The notes below the pieces were generated by a model. The model was not told the origin of the DNA. It saw nothing but the letters and a program-made list of their open reading frames with translations, and did no database searches. The position numbers were made by a program, and so were the translations under genes. A stretch of DNA of 64,000 nucleotides from the human T2T-CHM13v2.0 reference genome, Homo sapiens, in assembly GCF_009914755.1 (NCBI RefSeq), contig NC_060947.1, one strand, 5' to 3'. Positions 42,421 through 54,732 of this stretch are shown here, piece after piece; position 1 is the first letter of the stretch; every line of letters starts with the position of its first letter.

Positions 42421-43289
42421 TTAATCTATATTTCTGTTAATTCTGTATGTCTATGTTTTTCCTTCCTTTATAGTCTCACTTTCTTTCTCTCTCAATTTTG
42501 CAATTTTTAATCTTCCTTTGTCTTCCTGTTACTTAATTTGCAAAACCTTTTTTGATTTACACAATTACTTTGCTCAAACTATAACATATGTCCAGACTTT
42601 TCCAGACTCTAAATATATAAATTCATGAAGCAATAAAGATACAAATAGCAACAGCATCTGTCTTCTCAATCTTAAAATTGAGATTTTAAGATCAAGAATG
42701 ATTCTCTTTGACATATAGGGAAAGCTTCTGTATTGAAGAAAGTGATGAATTTTAGAGATGAACATGACAACTGTGCAACTACTGTTTAATCAATCCTGGC
42801 CAAAGTAAATTTTGCTTCCAACATATTAAAGAAACAAATATCTCCAGTCAGGCACAGTCATATTATTAAATTCTAAAATAAATGATGCAAAGATTATTTT
42901 GTCTCAATTTTTAACACAAAACCTGTGTGTGAGTGTGTGTGTGTGTATAAACTGAAAACTATATAAAATATAAGTTTTCTAAATTTCCCTCTCAAATAAT
43001 TTATATATAATACATTGATAATTCAAAATTATAGTATAAAATCTATTTGTTTTTAAATATATTAATATTTTTGGGGAAACTAACAATTTAATCTCTTCTC
43101 TTGCAAATATGTAGCCAGATGAATCTAGCTCTGGACAGTTATAAGCAAAGAAAAACTAACGGAAAAATACAGAGGCCTGAAGAATCACAGAGGGAAACTC
43201 ATTTGGTTAGTAATATTATTTTTACTTCATTTTCCATCCTTCAATTACAGAGGTCAAGATTCAGTTTCACTAAAAAATTACTTTTTATA

Positions 43290-43655
43290 ATATTTTCTTT
43301 TATTTTTATTGTCATAGGTTTTTGGGGAACAAGTGGGGTTTGGTTACATGAGTGGGTTCTTTAGTGGTGATTTGTGAGATTTTGGTGCACCCATCACCCG
43401 AGCAGTATTCACTGTACCCAATTTGTAGTCTTTTATTCCTTACCACCACCCCTGCTATTGCCCCTAAGTCTCCAGAGTCTATTGTATCATTCTAATGCCT
43501 TTCCATCCTAATAGCTTAGCTCCCACTTATGAGTGAGAACATACAATGATTGGTTTTCCATTCCTGAGTTTCATCACTTAGAATGGGTCTCCTATCCCAT
43601 CCAGGTTTCCGTGAATGCCACTATTTTTTTCCTTTTTATGGCTAAATAATATTCT

Positions 43656-43699
<44 letters not shown>

Positions 43700-46600
43700 A
43701 CAATTTCTTTATCCACTTATGGATTGATGGGCATATGAGCTGGTTCCATATTTTTGCAATTGCAAATTGTGCTGCTATGAACATGCATGTGCAAGTATCT
43801 TTTTTGTATAATTACTTCTTTTCCTCTGGGTAGATACCCAGTAATGGAATTGCTGGATCAAATGGTAGCTCTACTTTTAGTTCTTTAAGGACTCTCCACA
43901 CTGTTTTCCATGGCAGTTGTATTAGTTTACATTCCCACCAGCAGTCTAAAAATGTTTCCTTTTCACTGCTTCTCTGCCAACATCTATTATTATTTTTTTA
44001 TTTTTTGATGATGGCTATTCTTTCAGAGTAAAGTGGTATCACATTGTGGTTTTGATTTGCATTTCCCTGATCATTAGTGATGTTGAGCATTTTTTCATAT
44101 GTTTGTTGGCGTATATCTTCCTTTGAGACTTGACTATTCACGTCCTTAGTCCATTTTTTTGATGGGATTGTTTATGTTTTTCTTGCTAATTTATTTGAGT
44201 TCCTTGTAGATTCTGGATATAACTCTTTTGTCAGATGTATAGATTGTGATGATTTTCTCCCACTCTGTGGGTTGTCTGTTTACTCTGTTGACTGTTTCTT
44301 TTGCTGTGAAGAAAATTTAGTTTAATTAAGTTCCAGCTATTTATTTATTTTATTTATTTTATTTTTTGCATTTGCTTTTGGGATTTTGGTCATGAAGTCT
44401 TTGCCTAAACCAATGTCTAGAAGGGTATTTCGGATGTTATCTTCTAAAATTTTTGTGGTTTCAGGTCTTAGATTTAAGTCCTTGAGGTATCTTGAGATGA
44501 TTTTTGAATAAGGTGAGTGATGAGGATCCAGTTTCATTCTTCTGCATGTGGCTTGCCAATTATCCCAGCACAATGTGTTGAATACAGTGTCCTTTCTCCA
44601 CTTTATGTTTTTGTTTGCTGTGTCAAAGACCAGTTGCCTGTAAGTATTTGGCTTTATTTCTAAGTTCTCTGTTACATTAGTCTATGTGCCTATTTTTATA
44701 CCAGTACCATGCTGTTTTGGTGACTATGGCCTTATAGTATAGTTTCACATCAGGTAATGTGATGTCTCCAGATTTGTTCTTTTTGCTTAGTCTTGCTTTG
44801 GCTATGTGGGCTCTTTTTTGGTTCCAGATGAATTTTATAATTGTTTTTTCTAGTTCTGTCAAGAATGATGATGGTATTTTGATAGGAATTGCATTGAATT
44901 TGTAGATTGCTTTTGGCAGTGTTGTCATTTTCACAATATTCATACTACCCATCCATGAACATGAGACATGTTTCCATTTGTTTGTGTCATCTATGATGTT
45001 TTTCAGCAGGGTTTTGGAATTTTTCTTGTAGAGTTATTTCACCTCCTTGGTTAGGTGCACTCCTAAGTATTTTATTTCATTTTTTTGCAGCTATTGTAAA
45101 GGTGGTTGAATTCTTGATTTGATTCTCAGCTTGGTTGCTGCTAGTGTATAGCAGAACGAATGATGTGTATACATAAATTTTGTATCCTGTAACTTCGTTG
45201 AATTCATTTATCAGTTCTAGGAGCTTTTTAGATGAGTCTTTAGGGTTTTCTAGGAACACAGTCAGATCATCAGCAAACAGCAAGTGTTTGACTTCCTCTT
45301 TACCAATTTGGATGTCTTTTCTTTCTTTCTCTTATCTGGTTGTTTTGACTAGGACTTCCAGTTCTATGTAGAATAGAAATGGTGAGAGTCGGCATCCCTG
45401 TCTTGTTCCAGTTCTCAGAGGGAAAGTTTTCTGCTTTTCCCCGTTCAGTATTATGTTAGCTGTGCGTTTGTCATACATGACATTTATTACATTAAAGTAT
45501 GTACCTTCTATGCCGATTTTGCTGAGGTTTTTCATCATAAGGGGATGCTGGATTTGTCAAATTGTCAATGCTTTTTCTGCATCTATTGAGATGATCCTTA
45601 TCATCTCATAATTATTAAAGATATTATTAAAGATTATTGTCTTTAATTCTGTGTATATGGTGTATCACGTTTTTTGACTTGTGTATGTTAAACCGCTCCT
45701 GCTTTCCTGGTATGATACCCATTTGATCATGGTGGATTATCTTTTTGATATGCTGTTGGATTCTGTTAGCTAATATTTTGTTAAGGATTTTTGCATCTAT
45801 ATTCATCAGGAATATTGGTCTGTAGTTTTTTCATTGTTGTTGTTATGTCCTTTCCGGTTTTGGTATTTGTGATGCTGGTTTCATAGAATGATTACACTTG
45901 TGGAACAGTGTAAATAGATTTGTACCAATCCTTCTTTGAATATCTGATAGAATTCAGCTATGAATCTGTCTGGCCCTGGACTTTTTGTTGTTGTTGTTGG
46001 CAATTTTTTGTTATCACTTCAATCTTACTGCTTGTTATTGGTCTGTTCGAGGTATCTAATTTTTCCTGGTTTAAGCTAGGAGAGTTGTGTATTTCCAGGA
46101 ATTTATTCATCTTCTCAAGGTTTTCTAGTTTATGTGCATTAAGGTGTTGATAGTAGCCTTGAATGATCTTTTGTATTTTTGTTTTCTTGGTTGCAATATC
46201 TCCTGTTTCATTTCTAATTGAACTTATTTGGATCTTCTCTCTTCCTGGTTATTGTTGCTCATGGTCTATCAATTTTATTTATCTTTTCAAAGAACCAGCT
46301 TTTTGTTTCATTTATCTTTTGTCTTGTTTTTTTTTGTTGTTGTTGTTTGTTTCTTTCAGTTTTATTTAGTTCTGCTCTGATCTTGATTATTTCTTTTCTT
46401 CTGCTGGGTTTGGGTTTGGTTTGTTCTTGTTACTCAAGTTCCTTGAGGTGTGACCTTAGATTGTCTATTTGTGCTCTTTCAGATCTTTTGATGTAGGCAT
46501 TTAAGGCTGTGAACTTACCCCTTGGCCCTGCCTTTGCTGTATCTCAGAGGTTTTGATAAGTTGTGTCATTATTATCATTCAGTTCAAATAATTTTTAAAT

Positions 46601-49600
46601 TTCCATCTTGATTTCATTGTTGACCCCATGATCATTCCACAGCAGATTATTTAATTTCCATGTATCCACATGGTTTTGAAGGTTCCTTTTGGGGTTGATT
46701 TCCAATTTTAGTTCACTGTAGTAGGAGAGAGTACTTGATATAATTTGAATTTTCTTAAATTTATTGAGATTTGTTTTTGGCCTATCATATGGCCCATCTT
46801 GGAGAATGCTCCATGCACTGATGAATAAAATGTATATTCTGTGTTTGTTTGGTAGAATATTCTGTAAATATCTGTTAAGTCCATTTGTTCTAGGGTAAAA
46901 TTTAAATCCATTTTTTCTTGGTTGACTTTCTGTCTTAATGACCTGTCTAGTGCTGTCATTGGAGTATTGAAATCCCCCACTATAATTGTATTGCTGTCTA
47001 TCTCATGTCTTAGGTCTAGTAGTAATTGTTTTATAAATTTGGGAGCTCCAGTGTTAGGTGCATATATATTTAGGATTGTGATACTTTCCTGTTGGACAGC
47101 AGCTTTTATCATTATATAATGGCCCTTTTTGTCTTGTTTAACTGCTGTTGCTTTAAACTTTGTTTTGTCTGATATAAGAATAGCTACTCCTGCTCACTTT
47201 TGGTGTTTGTTTGCATGGAATGTCTTTTTTTGCCCTTTTATCTTCAGTTTATTTGTGTCCTTATGTGTTAGATGAGTCTCTTGAAGGCAGCAGATACTTG
47301 GTTGGTGAATTCTTATCCATTCTGCCATTACATATCTTTTAAGTGGAGCATTAGACAGTTTACATTCAACATTAGTATTGAGATGTGAGGTACTATTCTA
47401 TTCATCATGCTATTTGTTGCCTGAATACCTTGGTTTTTGATATTATTTGTTGTGTTGTTTTATAGGTCCTGTGAGATTTATGCTTTTAAGAGGTTCTTTT
47501 TTGATGTATTTTTGGATGTACTTTGAGGATTTGTTTCAAGACTTAGTGCTCCTTTTAGCAGTTCTTATAGTGCTGGCTTGAAAGTGGCATACTCTCTCAG
47601 CATTTGTTTGTCTCAAAATGACTGTATCTTTCTTTCATTTATGAAGCTTACTTTCCCTGGATACAAAATTCTTGGGTGATAATTGTTTTGTTTAAAGAGG
47701 CTGAGGATAGAGCCCCAATTCTTTCTTGCTTGTAGGGTTTCTGCTGAGAAATCTGCTATTAATCTGCTTATCTCATGCTTTTGCCTCGCAGCTGTTAATA
47801 TTATTTCCTTTGTCTTGACTTTAGATAACCTGATGACTATGTGCCTAGGTGATTATCTTTTTTTGTAATGAATTTTCCAGGTGTTCTTTGAGCTTCTTGC
47901 ATTTGGATGTCTGAGTCTCCAGCAAGGCCGGGACAGTATTCTTCAATTATTTCCCAAAATGTGTTTTCCAAACTTGTAGATTTCTCTTCTTCCTCAGGAA
48001 TGCCAATTATTCTTAGGTTTGGTCATTTAACATAATCTCTAACTTCTTGGTGGCTTTGTTCAGTTTAAATTTTTTTTTTTGTCTTTGTTGGATTATTTCA
48101 AAAACCTTGTCTTCAAGCACTGAAGTTATGTCTTCTTCTTGTTCAATTCTACTGCAGAGACTTTCCAGTGCCTTTTGCATTTCTATAGCTGTGTCCTTGG
48201 TTTCCAGAAGCTGTGATGGTTTTCTATTTATGTTATCTATTTTACTGAAAATTTCTCCCCTCATATCTTGTATCATTTTTTTAATTTCATTAAATTAGAC
48301 TTTACTTTTCTCTGGTGCCTCCTTTATTAACTTAATAATGGACCTTCTGAATTCCTTTTCTGACATATCAGTAATTTCTTCTTGGTTTGGATCCATTGCT
48401 GGTGAGGTAGTATGATTTTTTGAAGGTGTTAAAGAACGTTGTTTTGTCATATTACCATAATTGTTCTTTTGGTTCTTTATGTTTTGGGTAGGCTATGTCA
48501 GAGGGAAGATCTGGGGCTCAATGGCTGTTGTTCAGAATATTTTGTCCCACAGGGTGCTCCCTTGATGTAGTACTCTCCCCTTTTTCCTAGGGATGTGGCT
48601 TTCTGAGACCCAAACTGCAGTGATTGTTATTTCTCTTTTGGATATAGCCACCCAGTGGGGCTACTGGGTTTTGGGCTAGTACTGGGGGGGTTGTCTGCAT
48701 GGAGTCCTGTGATGTAAACCGTCTTCTAGTCTCTCAGCCATGGATAGCTGCACCTGCTTCAGTGGAGATGGCAGGGCAGTGAAATGGACTCTGTGAGGGT
48801 CCTTAGTTTTGTTGTTGTTGTTTATTGAACTAGTTTTATGCTGGTTGGCCTCCTGCTAGGAGGTGGTGTTTTTAAGAAAGCATCAGCTGTGGGTAGTACA
48901 GGGAGGATCAGGGAGTGGGCAGGGCCCTAGAACTCCCAAGATAATATGACTTTTTTTTTTTTTTTTTTTTGAGACAGAGTCTCACTCTGTCACCCAGGCT
49001 GGAGTGCAGTTGCGTGATTTCGGTTCACTGCCAGCTGTGCCTCCTGGGTTCACACCATTCTCCTGCCTCAGCCTCCTAAGTAGCTGGGACTATAGGTGCC
49101 CACCACCACACCCAGTTAATTTTTTGTGTTTTTAGTAGAGATGGGCTTTCACCATGTTAGCCAGGATGGTCTCGATCTCCTGACCTCGTAATCTGTCTGC
49201 CTCAACCTCCCAAAGTACTGGGATTACAGGCATGAGCTACCACACCTGGCTGAGAATATGACATTTGTCTTCAGCTACCAGGATGGGTAGAGAAAGACCA
49301 TCATGTGGGGGTAGGATCAGACATGTCTGAGATCAGATTCTCCTTGGGCAGGGCTTGCTGCAGCTGCTGTGCGGGATGGTGGTGTGGTTCCCAGGTTAAT
49401 GGAGTTATGTTCCCAGGAGGATTATGGCTGCCTCTGCTGTGTCATGCAGGTCACAAGGGAAGTAATAAAAATCTGGCAGTTACAAGCCTCAGCCAGCTCC
49501 CATGCAACCCAAAAGGCCGGTCTGACTCCCACCATGCCCCTGACCACCAACAGCCCTGAGTTTATTTCCAGGCAGTGGGCAAGCAGGGCTGAGAACTTGC

Positions 49601-50070
49601 CCCAGGCTACCAGCCTCCTGGCTGAGAAAGCAAGCAGGGGTTTCAGGTTTCATGCCTCCCTGCCTGCCTGCATCTGTACTCTGGATTCAACCCCTCCCAT
49701 GAATTTTGTTCAAGAACCTTTGTGTTTGGTTGGAATTGTTACAATGTTCATCTGGATGTTTCTTTCCCTTGTGGTGTTTTCCCAGTTCCTCTGGCAGCTC
49801 TCCCCAAGGACACCTGTGAGACAAAGTCAGAAGTGGCTTCCCTGGTGACCCAGAGAGACCACAGGGCTCTTGCCGCTGCTTCCTCTACTCCCGTATTTTG
49901 CCGAGCTCTCTAAATTGTCTCAGCTCTAGGTAAGATCAAATCCTTCTCCCATAATTTGGACCTTTAGGTTCCCCAGTGAGGGTATGTGTTTGGGGGCAGA
50001 TGATCCCCGTTTTCTACTTTCACACTTTGGGCACTCACAGTATTTGAGCTGTCTCCTTGGTCCTGCAGAA
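43290..50070 (-). mobile_element. Near full-length, inactive L1PB (L1PB1/L1PBa-like)
   Basis: L1PB-type 3' end. ORF2 remnants: endonuclease 46708-47112, RT LFADD 45077-45283, 44677-44952. ORF1 remnant 48013-48276. 5' UTR reaches ~50070. (TA)n at ~43660-43696. Confidence 0.92.
48951..49251 (-). mobile_element. Alu (AluY-like) inside the L1 5' UTR
   Basis: Antisense dimer. TSD ga(t/g)aatatgac. Confidence 0.93.
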
Positions 50071-51269
50071 GGTAAATTGCAAGTTGTTAAAGACCATACA
50101 GGCACTAGGAGATTAGAACAGCTCTCCTTGGGTGCAGTTGGCATAAAGAAGCATCCGGAAATTTGGGCTAAGTTGCTATTTTCTCAGGCACAACATTCTC
50201 AGTGGATTATTTTCATTTATTATTTTTAAAATAAATTCATATTTTTGGGAGTTTGTCAAATGCCGTATTGCTTTGAAAAAATCAATAATCTAACAGTGCT
50301 AAGAGATATTTATTTTATCTCCATTAATCTATGTTAAAGTGATACATGTTTAAGAAAACAATAATAAAATGATCATATCTTGCGATTACTTATTTTAACC
50401 AACTAAGTTTCTAAGTAGAAATGTTGCAAACATTTTTGATATCAGCAAAATAAACAAATGAAGTATATAAAATAAAAATTCAAGAAAATGAATGGGGAAA
50501 ATATTCTTACCTGTCAGGCACTATTGTTATATTTTAAGTATAAAAAATTTTGTAACCTGGTCCCAGTCCCTGAACTCTGTGATAATTCACTGTGGTAAAA
50601 AAACAGCAGCAAAACAAGGAAAGCATTTATAAGACAGAAGCAGCTAATGCGGTATTAAAAATGAATAGTCATAAAGACCTGAAAACAGAAAACTGTTCAC
50701 ATAAGTGATTGAGTCACCTAAAGTGAGATGTGTTTGAGGCAATTCCTCTGGGGCACTCTAAATTCCTTCAAATATATGTAACATTTAAATATTCCATTAA
50801 CTCTCTAAATAGCTGGTTCCTATTTCCCAAGACTTAATAAAGCTTTTTGTGATGACTTTCAAATTTTGCACACTGGATTCATCTTGTATTGAAGTTGGGC
50901 TCCAACACATTGAATTCCATCACACTTATCATAATTGCTTCTTTTAATAAATTTCTAGGAGCTCCTTTTTTAATTCTCTTCATAGACTAAAGAGTATGCG
51001 TCACTCTGTAAGTAGAGGCACCCACATACTATTCATTGATTCAACAAATTAATTCAACAAATATGTATTGAGTGCCAACTGTGCTAGGCTTTGAAGCAAC
51101 ATTTAGGTCCTTATTCAAGGTATTATACAAGGGTTCCCAGATCTTAGGAAATGAGCAGAATTTACTATCCCATTATTTTGCTATGATTTCATTATGAGTT
51201 GTGTGACATTGAGTAATTCTTGATACTAAGCTTTATTATCAATATAACAACTTGGAGGAGTTGAATAAG

Positions 51270-51545
51270 AGTAGTGTTTTTGAATAATGGACAGCCATCT
51301 AATCAAGGGTCATATAGTCACTTTAAGGAGAGATGATCAGTGTTTTTAAATAGAATAGAGTCAAAAATGGCACAGCATGTTTAAGAATATATGTAAGTTT
51401 GGGAAACTTTTATTTTTTTAAGCTATGTATACATGTGTATATTGTATGGTGGCTCTGCATGTGTACATTTTGTAGTGAGTCATGGTTTAAAATATATGTC
51501 TTTACTATATCTCATATTCAAAAACATTCAAAGACTTTGGACTGG
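51270..51545. mobile_element. Degraded non-autonomous hAT-Charlie-type element (MER102/112-like), tentative
   Basis: agtgtttttgaa...aaatagaatagag...gaaactttt...ttcaaagact layout. Strongly diverged. Confidence 0.4.
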
Positions 51546-51979
51546 AAGACTGGGAGAATCTAGAATTTGTAAATATTCTGTGATTTTTCTATTTGATATT
51601 CCATCCTAAAGGACCTTCTAGAACCATAGTACTTTTTATCTGGATTATGTCATTTTACACACTGTAAACAATCATGAAACCATAATGATGAGTAAAGAAT
51701 TAATCTTTACCTCATTATACTTTATTGATAACCTTTTTTCTTAATATGAAAGAAAATATTAAAGAAATGAGACAGTTTGGCTAGAAAAATGGAGAAAATA
51801 GAATTAAAAAGATTCTGAACAAGATGTTTTGCCTAAAAACACTGGAATCAGCTGAAGTACTACAGGACATAGTAACCAGGGCTGGAGGAATAGAATGTAC
51901 ACCAGGCTTTGCAACCTGGATTCTAATGCTAGTTTTCCAATATAATTTAATATTAATTAGCTTATTTTACTCCTATCCT

Positions 51980-52290
51980 CTTTATTTATTTATTACAATT
52001 ATTTTTGTGATAATAATATTTACATAATATCTACTCTCTTAGCAAATGCTTAAGTATACAATGCTGTGTTGTTAACTATAAGCATTCTGTTGTACCTGAG
52101 ATCTCTAAAATTTCTTCATCTTGCATAACTCTTTGTAACTTTTGGTTAATATTTCCTTGTTTCCCCCTCTCCCCCAGTTCCTGGCAATCACTATTCTGCT
52201 CTCCGCTTCTGTGAATTTTACTATTTTACTTTCCTCATATAAATGGAATCATGTAGTATTTGTCCTTCTGTATCTGGCTTATTTGACATC
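51980..52290 (-). mobile_element. L1MA/MB 3' fragment
   Basis: atctactctcttagcaaat...cctggcaatcactattctgctctc...aatggaatcatgtagtatttgtcc. Confidence 0.85.
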
Positions 52291-52309
52291 AATTTAACAA
52301 TCATAGCGA

Positions 52310-52850
52310 TGGTGATAATAATCATAATGATTAAGATTTATTGGTCACTTATTATATTCTAGGCACTGTTCTAAGCAATTTACATATATATTATTTTATT
52401 TATTCATCACAGTAACCCCAACAGGAAGGCATTATTTTTATTTCCAGTTTTACAGATGAGTAAACTGAAGCACATAAGTAATTTATTCGTTATAGACTAT
52501 GTACAAAAAATAATAATAGGCACTGAAGGTACAAAGATGAGTAAGACATGGTCTCTGCCCATAAGGAGTTTACTGTTTAGTAGAAAAGCACAAATTAAAA
52601 AAAAATGATTATCAAATGTGATCTACTCTAAACAAGAATTGCATAAAAATGACAGTGAGGACTCTAGAGGACTGAGCTGCCTGGCTGGGATTTGAGGAAG
52701 CGTTCACAAAGTGGTGATAGGAGATCTGGCTCTTAAAGGATGGGTAGAAATTTTCTGCATAAACAAGGCAGGTAAAAAAATTGTATAAATCAAGGAGCAG
52801 GCACAAAGGAGGTCTGAAATAGGACATTGTGTTTAGGAATGACCAGTAAT
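52310..52850 (-). mobile_element. MIR (~52310-52480) plus L2 fragment
   Basis: ttttacagatgagtaaactgaagcac; aagacatggtctctgccc..aaggagtttac. Confidence 0.75.
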
Positions 52851-53001
52851 ATCTAATAAATTTGCATCTTTCTCCATGTATCTTAGCTTCATACTATGTG
52901 GTCACAAGGATCATATTCACAAAATTCTCCAATGCCAAGCAATTTACTAAACACAAACTGATTCTAGCCTGCCTTGCACTCTTAGTGCTTATGTGATATA
53001 G

Positions 53002-53910
53002 AAAAATGCAGATCAAAACTAAAATAAGATATCATCTCACCCCAGTTAAATGGCTTATATCCAAAAGGCAGGCAACAATAAATGCTGACAATGATGTGGA
53101 GAAAAAGTAAACCCTCATAAACTGTTGGGTAGGAATGTATATTAATATGACTACTAAGGAGAACTGTTTAGAGGTTCTTCAAAAAACTAGAAATTGAGCC
53201 ACCATTTGATCCAGCAATCCGACCACTGGATATGTATGCCAAAGAAAGGAAATAAGTATATCAAAAAGATATCTGCAGTCCTCTATTTGTTGCAGTACTG
53301 TTTACAATAGCTAAGATTTTGAAGCAACCTGAGTGTCCATCAACAGATGAATGGATAAAGAAAACGTGGTAAATATACAAAATGGAGTACTTTTTAGCCA
53401 TAATAAAGAATAAGATCTAGTCATTTGCTACAACATGGATGGAACTGGAGATCATTATGTTAAGTGAAACAAGCCTCTCTCAGAGAAGCAAACATTGCAT
53501 GTTCTCACTTATTTGTGGGATCTAAAAATAAAATCAATGTAACTCATGGACATAGAGATTAGTAGGATGGTTACCAGAGGCTGGGAAGGGTAGTGGGGTT
53601 TGGGAGGGAGGTAGGGATGGTCAATGGGAAAAAAATAGAAAGAATGAATATGGCCTACTATTTGATAGCAAAATAGGGTGAACATAGTCAACAATAACTT
53701 AATTATATATTTTTAAATAACTTAAAGAATGAAACTGGATTTTTTATAACTCAAAAGATAAATGCTTGGGGGGATGGATACTTCATTCTCCATGATATGC
53801 ATATTTCACAATGCATGCCTGTATCAAAACATCTCACATACCACAAAAGAGTGTACACTTTTACTATGTAATCACAAAAATTTAAAAAGAAAAAATTTAA
53901 AAAAAGAAAA
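53002..53910 (+). mobile_element. L1MA (MA2/3-like) 3' fragment
   Basis: gatatcatctcaccccagttaaa...gatggttaccagaggctgggaagggtagt...A-rich tail. Confidence 0.9.
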
Positions 53911-54420
53911 GTGAGATGATCTATGAACTGAGAAAATTCAATAGAAGCAGAAATGCAGGGGCAGAAATGACTAGGAGAAACATAGGAAATAAGAGAGTAC
54001 CTGGAAATATGGAGGGAAATAATATTTTCTCCATTATATGAAAACATGGGTCAATGCTATTCAAATTCAGTATAACTGTTGACCATGGCTGTCGCAATTG
54101 TACATAAGAAAACTTATGCTTAGAGAGTTTAACCATTGTGCCCAATTTACACAAGGAATGAGTGCTGGTACTCATACTTAAACCTAGGTCTGTTGATTAT
54201 ATTCCATTCTTTTTGAGTGGTATCAGAATCTTCCACATAATAGGGTAATTAGATATATATCCTTAAAAGCCTTATTGGTCCTTGTTAATTTTCTAGTTTC
54301 TTCATTGAATATTTGATGAAGAATGCCAAAATATCTTGCAAAAAAATTGAGAGAACAAGTCTTGTGGTAGATTAAATTGAAATAACTTGAAAACAAAAGT
54401 AATTTTAAAAAGTATTACAA

Positions 54421-54731
54421 GGCAATGGCTCACAGTGTAATCCTGGCAATTTGGGAGGTGAAGGGCACATTGGCTCACAGCTGTAGTCCCAGCAATTTGG
54501 GAGGCCAAGGCACTTGAGCTTAGGAGTTTGAGATAAGCCTGGGTAACACAGTGAGACTTCATCTCTACAAAATTTAGCCAGTCATGGTGGCAAGTGCCTG
54601 TGGTTTCAGCTACTCAGTAGGCTTGTGTGGGAGTATTGCTTGAACCTAAGATATTTAGGCTGAAGTGAGCTGTGTTCATGTCACTGAACTCCAGTCTGGG
54701 TGAGAGAGTGAGACCTTGTCTCAAAAAAAAA
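54421..54731 (+). mobile_element. AluJ-like with a duplicated ~45-bp 5' segment
   Basis: tggctcacag...caatttgggagg occurs twice, followed by a J-type body and poly(A). Confidence 0.85.
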
Positions 54732-54732
54732 G

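Noticed and set aside
44337-48276. L1 endonuclease, RT and ORF1 peptides as CDS
   Set aside because: Fragmented by many stops and frameshifts; the L1PB is inactive.
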